NCBI RefSeq assembly: GCF_042660085.1 | Contig: NZ_JBHSTI010000008.1 | Span: 60,001 to 92,000, forward strand | Source of the DNA: Longivirga aurantiaca | Lineage (GTDB): Bacteria > Actinomycetota > Actinomycetes > S36-B12 > CAIYMF01 | Reading direction: 5' to 3' | Length of the DNA stretch: 32,000 nucleotides | Shown here: positions 1-11,452 of the stretch, piece by piece | Position numbering within the stretch: the stretch's first letter is position 1 | How the letters are laid out: each line of letters begins with the position of its first letter | Position numbers and translations under genes: made by a program | The notes under the pieces: model-generated | The model's database searches: none | Told to the model about the DNA's origin: nothing | What the model saw: only the letters and a program-made list of their open reading frames with translations

Positions 1-2
1 TC

Positions 3-1109
3 GACTGCCTGCGCCTCGACGCGATCGCGTTCCTCTGGAAGCGGCTCGGCACCAACTGCCAGAACCAGCCCGAGGTGCACGGCATCACGCGAGCGCTGCG
101 CGCCGTGGCGCGGATCGCGGCGCCGTCGCTGGTGTTCAAGGCCGAGGCGATCGTGGCACCGGGCGACCTCGTGAAGTACCTCGGCGTCGGCGAGTACGCC
201 GGCTCGGTGTCAGACCTGGCGTACCACAACAGCCTCATGGTGCAGATCTGGTCGGCGCTCGCCACCAACGACGCCCGCCTTCTCGTGCGGGCGCTCGACA
301 GCTTCCCGCCCAAGCCGACCACGACCGCGTGGGCGACGTACCTCCGCTGCCACGACGACATCGGCTGGGCCATCGACGACGCCGACGCGGCGGCGATCGG
401 TTGGAACGGCTACGACCACAGGCGGTTCCTGTCGCAGTGGTTCGTCGGCGCGTTCCCCGGGAGCCCGGCGCGCGGCGCGGAGTTCCAGGTGAACGAGGCG
501 ACGGGCGACAGCCGCATCTCCGGGAGCGCGGCGTCGCTCGCGGGCGTCGAGACGGCGCTCGCGTCCAACGATGCCGCCCGCCTCGAGATCGCGCTGCGCC
601 GTCTGCGCTGCGCCTACGCCGTCGTGTACGGCTTCGGCGGGATCCCGCTGCTCTACATGGGCGACGAGCTTGCGCTGCTCAACGACCACTCGTACCTCGA
701 CGAGCCGGCGCATGCCGAGGACAACCGCTGGATGCATCGTCCGAAGATGCCGTGGGACAGGGTGTCTCGACGCACCGACCCGTATGCGCTCGAGGGCCGG
801 ATGCACGGCGTGATCAAGCACCTCGGCGAGGTGCGCCGGTCGCTTCCGTCGCTGCACGCCGCGGTCGAGTCCGAGACCGCGCTCACGTCCAACCCGTCGG
901 TCCTCGCGGTGCAGCGCCGGCACGCCGCCGGCGACCTCGTGCAGCTCTACAACTTCTCCGGCGACTGGCAGCGCATCGACGACTCGGCGCTCGGCTCGAT
1001 CCGGCACACCGACGTCGTCGACCATCTGACCGGCGGCACGCCGTTGCGCGAGGACGGCCAGGTCGTGCTCGAGCCGTACGCCGCCCTCTGGCTCACCACC
1101 CGCACCTGA
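3..1109 (+). CDS. Amylosucrase-like GH13 alpha-amylase-family glucosyltransferase, 5'-truncated by the window edge
   Basis: The frame is open from nt 3, upstream of the listed ORF 75..1109. Translation starts DCLRLDAIAFLWKRLGTNCQNQPEVH and contains RCHDDIGW and GIPLLYMGDE. These match GH13 conserved regions and closely parallel Neisseria amylosucrase as I recall it. GC3 is high. Confidence 0.85.
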   Translation, partial: DCLRLDAIAFLWKRLGTNCQNQPEVHGITRALRAVARIAAPSLVFKAEAIVAPGDLVKYLGVGEYAGSVSDLAYHNSLMVQIWSALATNDARLLVRALDSFPPKPTTTAWATYLRCHDDIGWAIDDADAAAIGWNGYDHRRFLSQWFVGAFPGSPARGAEFQVNEATGDSRISGSAASLAGVETALASNDAARLEIALRRLRCAYAVVYGFGGIPLLYMGDELALLNDHSYLDEPAHAEDNRWMHRPKMPWDRVSRRTDPYALEGRMHGVIKHLGEVRRSLPSLHAAVESETALTSNPSVLAVQRRHAAGDLVQLYNFSGDWQRIDDSALGSIRHTDVVDHLTGGTPLREDGQVVLEPYAALWLTTRT

Positions 1110-1174
1110 CCGGCGCCCCCGGTGTGCGCGATGCTGCGGGCCTTCATCGAAGTCCCCGCTCCAGGCGCAGGGCC

Positions 1175-1699
1175 TCAGACGTGGCCGGAGTCCTCGATCT
1201 CGGACTCGGCTGCGGCCTCGTGCTCGAGCTGGCGCGCGAACGAGGCATGGATCTCGGCCTCGGCGTCCGTGCGGCCGGCCCAGGTGGCGCCCTCGACGCT
1301 CTTGCCGGGCTCGAGGTCCTTGTAGACCTCGAAGAAGTGCTGGATCTCGAGGCGGTCGAACTCGGCCACGTGGTGGATGTCGCGCAGGTGCTCGAGGCGA
1401 GGGTCGCCCGAGGGCACGCAGAGCACCTTGTCGTCGCCGCCGGCCTCGTCGGTCATCCGGAACATCCCGATCGCGCGGCACTTGATGAGGCAGCCGGGGA
1501 AGGTCGGCTCCTGCAGCAGGACCATCGCGTCGAGCGGGTCGCCGTCCTGGCCGAGGGTGCCTTCGATGTAGCCGTAGTCGTGGGGGTAGCGCGTCGAGGT
1601 GAACAGCATCCGGTCGAGGCGGATGCGACCGGTGAGGTGGTCGACCTCGTACTTGTTGCGCGAGCCGGCGGGGATCTCGATCAGGACGTCGAACTCCAC
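1175..1699 (-). CDS. ppa: Inorganic pyrophosphatase (family I)
   Basis: 174 aa. [20 protein letters not shown]...[24 protein letters not shown]...DDKVLCVP is the classic family I PPase signature. The acidic C-terminal tail is extra. Confidence 0.95.
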   Translation of the reverse strand: MEFDVLIEIPAGSRNKYEVDHLTGRIRLDRMLFTSTRYPHDYGYIEGTLGQDGDPLDAMVLLQEPTFPGCLIKCRAIGMFRMTDEAGGDDKVLCVPSGDPRLEHLRDIHHVAEFDRLEIQHFFEVYKDLEPGKSVEGATWAGRTDAEAEIHASFARQLEHEAAAESEIEDSGHV

Positions 1700-1907
1700 G
1701 GGGGCACTCCTGCGGTCGGTGTCACGAGCGGGAAGGTCGACACGGCCGGATGCCCGGACGCCGTCGTCCGTCGCCTAGTGTTCCGTACGCGGACCCCCAT
1801 GCGTGACCACGCCCGCGACCTCGGGTGACCGGGATCACGGACGGCCGCCGCAGCACGGCGTCCCGCAGCGATGACGACGTCCCCCGAGCGACCCCGAAGG
1901 ACCCCTC

Positions 1908-3305
1908 GTGAGCAGCGCCCGACGACCCGCCCTCGCGGCGGCGTGCGCGCTCGCCCTGGCTCTGCCCGTGCTCGTCGGCGGCTCGGCCGCAGGCGCCCCG
2001 ACGGCCGTCCCGGCACCGCCGGCGGCGCCCGCCGTCGTGCTCCCGGTGGCTGACGGCGCGCCCTCGCCGGCACCCACGACCTCCGACAAGGCCATGGTCG
2101 CCGCGGTCGCCAAGGCCCTGCGCGCGGCGCCGCTCGGCTCGGACACCACCGCCATCGTGCTCGACGTCGCCAGCGGCGACGTCATCGTCGGCGACGACGA
2201 GACGCGCGCCCAGGTGCCTGCCAGCACGGCGAAGACGCTGACCGCGGTCACCGCCCTGAGCGCGCTCGGGCCGTCGACCCGGTTGCGCACCGCGGTCGTG
2301 ACCGGCGCGACCGCGGGGGAGATCGTCCTCGTCGGTGGCGGCGACGCCACGCTCACGCGGACGCCCGCCAAGCCCGGCCAGCTGCCGGCCGGCCAGGCGG
2401 CCCGACCCGCGTCGCTGTCCGATCTCGCCCGAGCCACTGCCAAGGCGCTCAAGGCGTCCGGGATCACCGCCGTGAGCGTCCGCATCGACGACTCGGCCTT
2501 CCGCGGCCCGCGCACCGCCGCCGGGTGGCCGGACTCCTACGTGAGCACCGGAGTCGTGTCGCCCGTCTCGGCGCTGTCGGCCGACAGCGGCAGGGTCTCG
2601 GCCGACTCGCGCGTGCGCGACACCGACCCGGCGCTGGCGGCGGGCCGGTACTTCGCCGACCGGCTCGCGACGTCCGGCATCGCGGTGTCGCCCGCCGTGA
2701 CCCGCACGGTCGCGGCCGCCGGTGCGACGCCCATCGCCTCGGTCCTCAGCCCGACCGTGGCCGACCTCGTCGAGCGCATGCTGACCGACTCCGACAACGA
2801 CCTCGCCGAGGCGCTGGCGCACCTGGCCGGCGGGAAGCTCGTGGGCGACCCCAGCTTCGCCGGCGGCGCCACGGCCACGCTGCAGGTGGTGGAGGCCCTC
2901 GGCGTCCCGACCACCGGCCTCGCCCTCTCGGACGGCAGCGGCCTCTCGCGCCGCGACGCCGTGAGCGCCCGCACGCTCGCCGGGGTCCTCGCGGCCGCCG
3001 CGCGCGACGAGCCGCCGGTGGGCACGACCGCGGGGATCCTCTGGCCGACCTCGACCGGGCTCCCGATCGCCGGCGTCACCGGCACCCTCGCGGAGCGGTT
3101 CGACACCCCCGGCACCGATCCGGGCCGCGGGGTGGTCCGTGCCAAGACCGGCACGCTCAGCGGCGTCGTCACCCTCGCGGGCATGACCCGGGACAGCGAG
3201 GGCCGGCTGCGCGTCTTCGCGTTCCTCGCCGACGCCTCGCCCGGGCCTCTGCTCGATGCCCAGGCCGCGCTCGACCGCGCCGCCGCGGCCGTCGCGGCCG
3301 GCTGA
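1908..3305 (+). CDS. dacB: D-alanyl-D-alanine carboxypeptidase/endopeptidase (PBP4 / peptidase S13)
   Basis: GTG start with GAAGGA 7 nt upstream. There is an N-terminal signal peptide (ALAAACALALALPVLVGGSAAGAP). SxxK (STAK), SxN (SDND) and KTG (KTGTL) motifs occur in the canonical order. Confidence 0.9.
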   Translation: MSSARRPALAAACALALALPVLVGGSAAGAPTAVPAPPAAPAVVLPVADGAPSPAPTTSDKAMVAAVAKALRAAPLGSDTTAIVLDVASGDVIVGDDETRAQVPASTAKTLTAVTALSALGPSTRLRTAVVTGATAGEIVLVGGGDATLTRTPAKPGQLPAGQAARPASLSDLARATAKALKASGITAVSVRIDDSAFRGPRTAAGWPDSYVSTGVVSPVSALSADSGRVSADSRVRDTDPALAAGRYFADRLATSGIAVSPAVTRTVAAAGATPIASVLSPTVADLVERMLTDSDNDLAEALAHLAGGKLVGDPSFAGGATATLQVVEALGVPTTGLALSDGSGLSRRDAVSARTLAGVLAAAARDEPPVGTTAGILWPTSTGLPIAGVTGTLAERFDTPGTDPGRGVVRAKTGTLSGVVTLAGMTRDSEGRLRVFAFLADASPGPLLDAQAALDRAAAAVAAG

Positions 3306-3370
3306 CCCGCCGTCCGCCCAGGCAAGCCTCGGCGGAGGCACGTGGCGGACCCTCGCGTAGGGTCACGCGG

Positions 3371-4414
3371 GTGGAGGTCGTCGACTGGGGCCTGGCCCGT
3401 TCCACCGCGCGCAGCTTCGCTCCGCGGGGTCCCGGCGGCACGCCCGAGGACGCTCGCTCCGCCGTCGCCGAGCTCCGCGCCCTCGCCCGGTACGCCGTCG
3501 ATCCCGTCCGCGAGCGCACCGGCCTCGACGCCGGGCACGCCCCCGGGGCGATCGTGGTCGACCGCGGCGCGTGGGTGGACAGCAACGTCGACGGCTTCCG
3601 CGTCGTCCTCGCGCCGCTCCTCGAGCGGATGGCCACCGAGCAGCCCGGGGTCGTCACCACGGTCGGGTCGCGCCTGACCGCCGTCGAGCTCGGCGGGGTG
3701 CTCGCCTATCTGTCCGGCAAGGTGCTCGGCCAGTACGAGGCGTTCACGACGTCGTCCACCGGTCGCCTGCTGCTGGTGGCGCCCAACATCGTCGCGGCCG
3801 AGCGGCACCTCGACGTCGACACCCGCGACTTCCGCCTGTGGATCTGCCTGCACGAGGAGACGCACCGCGTGCAGTTCAGCGCCGTGCCGTGGCTGTCGCA
3901 GCACCTCGTGGGGGAGATCCACGACTACCTCGCGCTGTCGGAGATCGGCGTCGGCGACTCGCTCAAGCGCCTCATGCAGGGCCTCGGCTCGATCGTGGCG
4001 GCCGTGCGCGGCGACGCCGGCGCCTCGCTCGTGGACGCCGTGCAGAGCGAGGACCAGCGCGAGGTGTTCGACCGGATCACCGCCCTCATGAGCCTGCTCG
4101 AGGGCCACGCCGACCATGTGATGGACGAGGTCGGCCCCGAGATCGTGCCGTCGGTCGCGCAGATCCGGGAGCGGTTCGAGAAGCGCCGCGGCGAGCCCGG
4201 GGCCGTCGACGGCCTGGCGCGCCGGCTGCTCGGGCTCGACGCCAAGATGCGTCAGTACACGGAGGGGCGCTCGTTCGTGTCGCACGTCGTCGACGCCGTC
4301 GGCCGCGACGGCTTCAACCGGGTGTGGACCTCGCCCGAGACCCTCCCCACCCGCGACGAGGTGCTCGACCCTGCCGCGTGGTGCACCCGCGTCGTCCCCG
4401 ACCTGCTGGCCTGA
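3371..4414 (+). CDS. Zinc-dependent metalloprotease (DUF2342 / Rv3626c-like family)
   Basis: This is the C-terminal 347 codons of ORF 2525..4414, taken from an in-frame GTG at 3371. It carries an HExxH motif (HEETHRVQF) and sits in the conserved position between dacB and tilS. The upstream part of the ORF is Arg/Pro-rich junk. The start is chosen by eye. Confidence 0.8.
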   Translation: MEVVDWGLARSTARSFAPRGPGGTPEDARSAVAELRALARYAVDPVRERTGLDAGHAPGAIVVDRGAWVDSNVDGFRVVLAPLLERMATEQPGVVTTVGSRLTAVELGGVLAYLSGKVLGQYEAFTTSSTGRLLLVAPNIVAAERHLDVDTRDFRLWICLHEETHRVQFSAVPWLSQHLVGEIHDYLALSEIGVGDSLKRLMQGLGSIVAAVRGDAGASLVDAVQSEDQREVFDRITALMSLLEGHADHVMDEVGPEIVPSVAQIRERFEKRRGEPGAVDGLARRLLGLDAKMRQYTEGRSFVSHVVDAVGRDGFNRVWTSPETLPTRDEVLDPAAWCTRVVPDLLA

Positions 4415-4425
4415 CGGTCGCGCCC

Positions 4426-5421
4426 GTGCCCGCCGACACCGGCCCCCGGGGCTCCGCCGTACGCCGGGCCGTGCGGGACGAGCTGTCGGACCTCGCGCCC
4501 GACGCCCTCGTCCTCGTCGCGTGCTCCGGCGGTGCCGACTCGCTCTCGCTCGCCCACGCGACGCGCGCCGTGCGCGACCGCGCGGGCGCCGTCGTGATCG
4601 ACCACGGGCTGCAGACGGGCTCGGCCGAGGTGGCCGCCCGGACGGCCGCGTGGCTGCGCGACGCCGGCCTCGACCCGGTGGAGGTCGTGCAGGTGACGGT
4701 GGTCGAGGCGGGCGACGGCCCGGAGGCTGCGGCGCGCGACGCGCGCTACCGCGCCCTGTTCTGCGCGGCGCGAGATGCCGGTGCCGAGGTGGTGCTGCTC
4801 GGCCACACGCTCGACGACCAGGCCGAGTCGGTGCTGCTCGGTCTGGCTCGCGGCTCGGGCACCCGCAGCCTGGCGGGCATGCCGCGCTCGCGCGGGCCGT
4901 TCCGCCGTCCGCTTCTGCACCTGCGGCGGTCCGTCGTACGGGCCGAGGTGCCCGAGGGCGCCCCCGTCGTCGACGACCCCCACAACGACGACGACCGGTT
5001 CGCGCGGGTCCGGGTGCGGCACCGCGTGCTGCCGGTGCTCGAGGCCGAGCTCGGGCCGGGGATCGCTGAGGCGCTCGCGCGCACGGCCGATCTCGCCCGC
5101 GCCGACGCCGACGCCCTGGCCGAGCTCGCCGACGAGGTGGCGTGGGACGTCATCCACGGGGCGCGCGACGAGGGCACCCTCGACGTCGTCGACCTCGAGC
5201 CGCTGTCGGACGCCGTCCGTTCCCGCGTCGTGCGCCAGTGGCTGCTCGACGGAGGCTGCCCGGCGGGGCGGCTCGGTGCCGACCACGTGCAGCGCGTGTG
5301 CCGCCTCGTGACCCACTGGACCGGGCAGGGGGCGGTCGCCCTGCCGGGCGGTGTCGAGGCGGTCCGGGACTATGGCAGGCTCGCCCTGCGCCAGACACCA
5401 CTGCCTCGCAAGGAGACCTGA
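4426..5421 (+). CDS. tilS: tRNA(Ile)-lysidine synthetase
   Basis: PP-loop motif [13 protein letters not shown] lies near the N-terminus and [12 protein letters not shown] follows downstream. The start is uncertain: GTG 4426 is chosen, with GTG 4378/4381 as alternatives. The stop TGA at 5419-5421 overlaps the hpt ATG. Confidence 0.85.
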   Translation: MPADTGPRGSAVRRAVRDELSDLAPDALVLVACSGGADSLSLAHATRAVRDRAGAVVIDHGLQTGSAEVAARTAAWLRDAGLDPVEVVQVTVVEAGDGPEAAARDARYRALFCAARDAGAEVVLLGHTLDDQAESVLLGLARGSGTRSLAGMPRSRGPFRRPLLHLRRSVVRAEVPEGAPVVDDPHNDDDRFARVRVRHRVLPVLEAELGPGIAEALARTADLARADADALAELADEVAWDVIHGARDEGTLDVVDLEPLSDAVRSRVVRQWLLDGGCPAGRLGADHVQRVCRLVTHWTGQGAVALPGGVEAVRDYGRLALRQTPLPRKET

Positions 5422-5972
5422 TGGACGCGTCGGACCTCGGTAACGATCTCACGCAGGTCCTCCTCGACGAGGCGGCGATCGACACCAAGGTGCGCGAGCT
5501 CGCGGCGCAGATCGACGCCGACTACGCCGGCAAGGACCTCCTCCTCGTGGGCGTGCTCAAGGGCGCGCTCATGGTGATGGCCGACCTGTCCCGGGCGATG
5601 TCCGGCCCGGTCGAGATGGACTGGATGGCGGTGTCGTCGTACGGCGCGGGCACGAAGTCCTCCGGCGTCGTACGGATCATGAAGGACCTCGACCGCGACA
5701 TCACCGGCCGGCACGTTCTCGTGGTCGAGGACATCCTCGACTCCGGCCTCACGCTCTCCTGGCTGCTGCGCAACCTGCGCTCGCGCGGCCCGGCGTCGGT
5801 CGAGGTGTGCACGTTCCTGCGCAAGCCCGACGCCCTCAAGGTGCAGGTCGAGCCGCGCTACGTCGGCTACGACATCCCCAACGAGTTCGTCGTCGGCTAC
5901 GGCCTCGACTACGCCGAGAAGTACCGCAACCTCCGCGTCGTCGGCACCCTCGCCCCCCACGTCTACTCCTAG
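5421..5972 (+). CDS. hpt: Hypoxanthine-guanine phosphoribosyltransferase
   Basis: ATG at 5421 lies in a TGATG overlap with tilS, with AAGGAG at 5410-5415. The PRPP-binding motif [14 protein letters not shown] is present, and the C-terminus [13 protein letters not shown] is typical of Hpt. Confidence 0.95.
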   Translation: MDASDLGNDLTQVLLDEAAIDTKVRELAAQIDADYAGKDLLLVGVLKGALMVMADLSRAMSGPVEMDWMAVSSYGAGTKSSGVVRIMKDLDRDITGRHVLVVEDILDSGLTLSWLLRNLRSRGPASVEVCTFLRKPDALKVQVEPRYVGYDIPNEFVVGYGLDYAEKYRNLRVVGTLAPHVYS

Positions 5973-6210
5973 CCCTCCTGCCCGCACGTTCCGCCCGGGG
6001 TGAACGGGGGAACAGGGCGGGCGCGGCGTGCGTCAGTGCTGGTGACGGCCTCGGACGGGGCACGTGGGACGGCGGTCGCAGCTGCTCCGGTGTACCGTCG
6101 AGTGTCCTCACAGGCGTGCTCGGAGCCCCGGGCCTGCCGCGTGGCGAACCGTCGACCCGCCAGCCCAGCCAGCACAGTCAGGAGGGACGGGGCCTCACAG
6201 CCCCCAGCCC

Positions 6211-8237
<2,027 letters not shown>

Positions 8238-8241
<4 letters not shown>

Positions 8242-8843
8242 ACGGCGTCAACCCGGTGCACGTGCCGGACGTCGTGGCCGGCGAGTTCGACCAGGCGCGG
8301 GCCGAGGCTGCCGTGCGCGAGCTGCTCAGCGCGATCGGCGAGGACCCCGAGCGCGACGGTCTCCTCGACACTCCGGCGCGGGTTGCACGCGCGTACGGCG
8401 AGATGTTCGCCGGGCTGCGCCAGACGCCCGACGAAGTGCTCTCGACCACGTTCGACCTCGGCCATGACGAGATGGTGCTGGTCAAGGACATCGAGCTCTA
8501 TTCGACCTGCGAGCACCACCTCGTGCCGTTCCACGGCGTCGCCCACGTCGGCTACATCCCGGGCGAGGACGGCCGGATCACGGGCCTGTCCAAGCTCGCG
8601 CGGCTGGTCGACGTGTACGCCAAGCGCCCGCAGGTGCAGGAGCGGCTCACGACGCAGGTGGCCGACGCGCTCGTACGCATCCTCGAGCCGCGCGGCGTCA
8701 TCGTCGTGATGGAGTGCGAGCACATGTGCATGTCGATGCGCGGCATCCGCAAGCCCGGCGCGAAGACCATCACCAGCGCGGTGCGCGGGCAGCTGCGCGA
8801 CTCGGCCACCCGCGCCGAGGCGATGAGCCTCATCGTCGGCTGA
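8238..8843 (+). CDS. folE: GTP cyclohydrolase I
   Basis: GTG at 8238 overlaps the ftsH stop (GTGA). Motifs TCEHHLVPF and [11 protein letters not shown] are diagnostic of FolE. Other in-frame GTGs (8256, 8262, 8274) are possible starts. Confidence 0.93.
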
Positions 8844-8850
8844 TCCGGCG

Positions 8851-9717
8851 ATGACGCACCGGCCCCGGCATCCGGCGGGCCTGCCCCCGCGGCTCGCCTC
8901 GCTCGAGCGCTGCCTCGTGATGGGCGTCCTCAACGTCACCCCCGACTCCTTCTCCGACGGCGGGCTCTTCCTCGACGCCGCGCGAGCGATCGACCACGGC
9001 CTCGCGATGGCTGCCGCCGGAGCCGATCTCGTCGACGTCGGCGGCGAGTCGACGCGCCCGGGTGCCGAGCGCGTGGCACCCGAGGAGGAGATCGCGCGGG
9101 TCATCCCCGTGGTCTCGGCCCTGGCCGAGGCCGGTGTCGCCGTCAGCATCGACACGATGCGCGCGACCACCGCGCGCGCCGCGGTCGAGGCCGGGGCGTG
9201 CGTGGTCAACGACGTGAGCGGCGGCCTCGCCGACCCCGGCATGCTCATCGCCGTCGCCTCGCTCGACGTGCCGTACGTCGCGATGCACTGGCGCGGCCAC
9301 AGCACGCACATGGACGACCTCGCGGTGTACGGCGACGTCGTGAGCGACGTGGTCGCCGAGCTCTCGGCGCGCGCCGCCGACGCCGTCGCCGCCGGGATCG
9401 CGCCCGAGCGGGTCGTGCTCGACCCGGGCCTCGGGTTCGCCAAGGAGGCCGACCACAACTGGGCGCTGCTGCGCGGGCTCGACCACCTGCTCGCGGTCGG
9501 ACACCCCGTGCTCGTCGGCGCCTCGCGCAAGCGGTTCCTCGGCTCGCTCCTCGCGGCCGACGGCGAGCCGCGACCGCTCGCCGGCCGGGACGGCGCCACC
9601 GACGCGATCACCGCGCTGGCCGCGGCCGCCGGTGCGTGGTGCGTGCGGGTGCACGACGTACGCGGGAGCCGCGACGCCGTCGAGGTGGCGGCCGCCTGGC
9701 TGCGTGGGCGAGGGTGA
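8851..9717 (+). CDS. folP: Dihydropteroate synthase
   Basis: 288 aa. GVLNVTPDSFSDGG, DVGGESTRPG and the DPGLGFAK motifs of the pterin-binding domain are present. Confidence 0.95.
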   Translation: MTHRPRHPAGLPPRLASLERCLVMGVLNVTPDSFSDGGLFLDAARAIDHGLAMAAAGADLVDVGGESTRPGAERVAPEEEIARVIPVVSALAEAGVAVSIDTMRATTARAAVEAGACVVNDVSGGLADPGMLIAVASLDVPYVAMHWRGHSTHMDDLAVYGDVVSDVVAELSARAADAVAAGIAPERVVLDPGLGFAKEADHNWALLRGLDHLLAVGHPVLVGASRKRFLGSLLAADGEPRPLAGRDGATDAITALAAAAGAWCVRVHDVRGSRDAVEVAAAWLRGRG

Positions 9718-9721
9718 GCAC

Positions 9722-10102
9722 GTGATCCCCGAGCACCTCGACCGCATCGCCGTCCGCGGCTTGTCAGCCACCGGCCACCACGGCGTCTTCGACTTCGAGA
9801 AGCGCGAGGGCCAGACCTTCGTCGTCGACGTCGTGCTCGGCGTCGACACCCGCGAGGCCGCCGCCACCGACGACCTCGCGCGCACCGTCCACTACGCCGA
9901 GGTCGCCGCCGACGTGATCGCGCTCATCGAGGGCGAGCCCGTCGACCTCATCGAGACCCTGGCCCAGCAGGTCGCCGACGCGTGCCTCGCCCGCGACGGC
10001 GTCGAGGCGGTCGAGGTGACCGTGCACAAGCCCGAGGCGCCCGTCGGCGTGGCCTTCGGCGACGTCGCGGTGACGATCACGCGGCTCGCGGGGCACCCGT
10101 GA
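9722..10102 (+). CDS. folB: Dihydroneopterin aldolase
   Basis: GTG at 9722 lies 4 nt after the folP stop. The sequence IAVRGLSATGHHGVFDFEKREGQTFVVDV is typical of FolB. It sits in the conserved position between folP and folK. Confidence 0.9.
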   Translation: MIPEHLDRIAVRGLSATGHHGVFDFEKREGQTFVVDVVLGVDTREAAATDDLARTVHYAEVAADVIALIEGEPVDLIETLAQQVADACLARDGVEAVEVTVHKPEAPVGVAFGDVAVTITRLAGHP

Positions 10103-10611
10103 CCCGCGTGGCCCTCGGGCTCGGCGCCAACCTCGGAGACCGGCTGGCTGCCCTTCAGGGCGCCGTCGACCTCATCGCCCCGTTGCTGGCCGACGCCGTG
10201 GTGTCGGCCGTCTACGAGACCGCGCCCGTCGGCGGTCCTGCCGACCAGCCCGACTACGCCAACGCCGTCCTCGCCGGCGACACCGACCTCGACCCGCACC
10301 GGCTCCTCCTCGCCGCCCACGACGCCGAGGAGGCCTGGCGCCGCACCCGCGAGGTGCGCTGGGGGCCACGCACCCTCGACGTCGACGTCCTCGCCGTCGG
10401 CGACCTCGAGCTGCACGACCCCGACCTCGTGCTCCCGCACCCGCGGGCGCACGAGCGCGGCTTCGTCCTCGTGCCGTGGGCCGAGATCGACCCCGGCTTC
10501 GTGATCGCCGGCCACGGCCTCGTGTCCGACCTCGCCGCGCGTGCGACCGAGCGCGACGGCGTCGACGCCGTGCGCCGGCGCACCGACGTACGTCTGGAGC
10601 TGCCCGCATGA
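10099..10611 (+). CDS. folK: 2-amino-4-hydroxy-6-hydroxymethyldihydropteridine pyrophosphokinase
   Basis: GTG at 10099 overlaps the folB stop (GTGA). LGLGANLGDR, RWGPRTLDVD and LPHPRAHERGFVLVP are HPPK signatures. Confidence 0.93.
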   Translation: MTRVALGLGANLGDRLAALQGAVDLIAPLLADAVVSAVYETAPVGGPADQPDYANAVLAGDTDLDPHRLLLAAHDAEEAWRRTREVRWGPRTLDVDVLAVGDLELHDPDLVLPHPRAHERGFVLVPWAEIDPGFVIAGHGLVSDLAARATERDGVDAVRRRTDVRLELPA

Positions 10612-11078
10612 GCGCCACCCGCCCCCGCACCCTGGTGGTGCTCGCGGCGCTGGGCGCGCTGGGCGGATGGGTCGCCACCGCCCTCGTCGACGCCGTCGCG
10701 GGTCGCTCGTTCCCGGTGCCGCTCACCGTGCCGGCGCTCATGCTGGTGCTCGCGCTCTCGGTGTTCCTGTGGGCCCGGGGCACGCGGGCCCGCCTGGAGA
10801 AGAGGCCCGGCACCAAGCCGCTGCCGCCGATGCTCGCGCTGCGCACCTCTGCCCTCGCCCTCGCCGTCTCCCGTGCTGGCGCCGTCGTCGGCGGCTTCTA
10901 CCTCGGTGTGGCCGTGGCGCTGTCGCCGTCGTGGGACATCGCCTACGTGCGCGGGCTCGTCCTCGCGGCGATCGTCACGGTGGTCGGCTCGGCGCTGCTG
11001 GTCGCGGCGGGCCTGTGGCTCGAGAAGATCTGCCGGATCCCTCCCTCGGACGACGACGCGGCGGACCGGGCGGCGTAG
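10608..11078 (+). CDS. DUF3180-type integral membrane protein (Rv3605c-like)
   Basis: ATG at 10608 overlaps the folK stop (ATGA). About 156 aa with four predicted hydrophobic helices. A small membrane protein is conserved after folK in actinobacteria. Confidence 0.8.
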   Translation: MSATRPRTLVVLAALGALGGWVATALVDAVAGRSFPVPLTVPALMLVLALSVFLWARGTRARLEKRPGTKPLPPMLALRTSALALAVSRAGAVVGGFYLGVAVALSPSWDIAYVRGLVLAAIVTVVGSALLVAAGLWLEKICRIPPSDDDAADRAA

Positions 11079-11107
11079 CCCGGCGCCCATCGCCTAGGGT
11101 CAGGGCC

Positions 11108-11392
11108 ATGAGCGAGGACATCGTGCTCGAGGACCTGCCCTACGACGAGCTGCGCGACCGTGCGTTCGAGATCGCCGAGCACAAGCTCGACCTGGGCTTC
11201 TTCGTCGACCTGTTCAACCACGCGCCCGCGATGCACGACGTGCAGGACGAGGGCGGCTCGGCCGGCGACATCGGCGGCTCGTTCGTCGAGACGATCCGTG
11301 CGGCCAAGCAGGTCTTCGGCGGCGAGTCCGTCGGCGACCTCGAGCCGCTCTTCCGCGCCCGCTTCGCGACCTACATCCGCGAGAACAGCTAG
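11108..11392 (+). CDS. Small acidic hypothetical protein (94 aa)
   Basis: ATG at 11108 inside ORF 10541..11392. GC3 is high from the ATG onward, while the upstream part of the ORF is Arg/Pro junk. I recognise no family. Confidence 0.6.
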   Translation: MSEDIVLEDLPYDELRDRAFEIAEHKLDLGFFVDLFNHAPAMHDVQDEGGSAGDIGGSFVETIRAAKQVFGGESVGDLEPLFRARFATYIRENS

Positions 11393-11399
11393 CCCCGAC

Positions 11400-11448
11400 T
11401 CGGTAGTGGGATCTCGCACTCTGCTGCGAGATCCCACTACCGAATCGC
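11400..11448. terminator. Perfect 19-bp-stem hairpin between convergent genes; copy A of a palindromic repeat family
   Basis: TCGGTAGTGGGATCTCGCA (11400-11418), loop CTCTGC, then TGCGAGATCCCACTACCGA (11425-11443). It lies 8 nt after the + gene stop and 10 nt after the - gene stop. A 41/49-identical copy lies at 24063-24111. Confidence 0.75.
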
Positions 11449-11452
11449 TGTG

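Noticed and set aside
1722-3341. 539-aa ORF on the minus strand opposite dacB. Similar long antisense ORFs include 210..1481(-), 2537..4285(-), 4252..5316(-), 6178..8172(-), 7848..9611(-), 11214..12824(-), 12826..14292(-), 22242..23762(-), 23979..25334(-), 26949..28643(-) and 28613..30769(-).
   Set aside because: All are Arg/Gly/Pro/Ala-rich with no recognisable motifs. Each lies opposite or out of frame to genes with strong homology signatures. Stop-codon-poor shadow frames are expected at this GC content.
5980-6022. GC-rich alternative pairings (GCCCGC/GCGGGC, CCGCCC/GGGCGG) just after the hpt stop as a terminator
   Set aside because: Several mutually exclusive foldings are possible and none has a clean stem-loop or U-tract, so I could not support a specific call.
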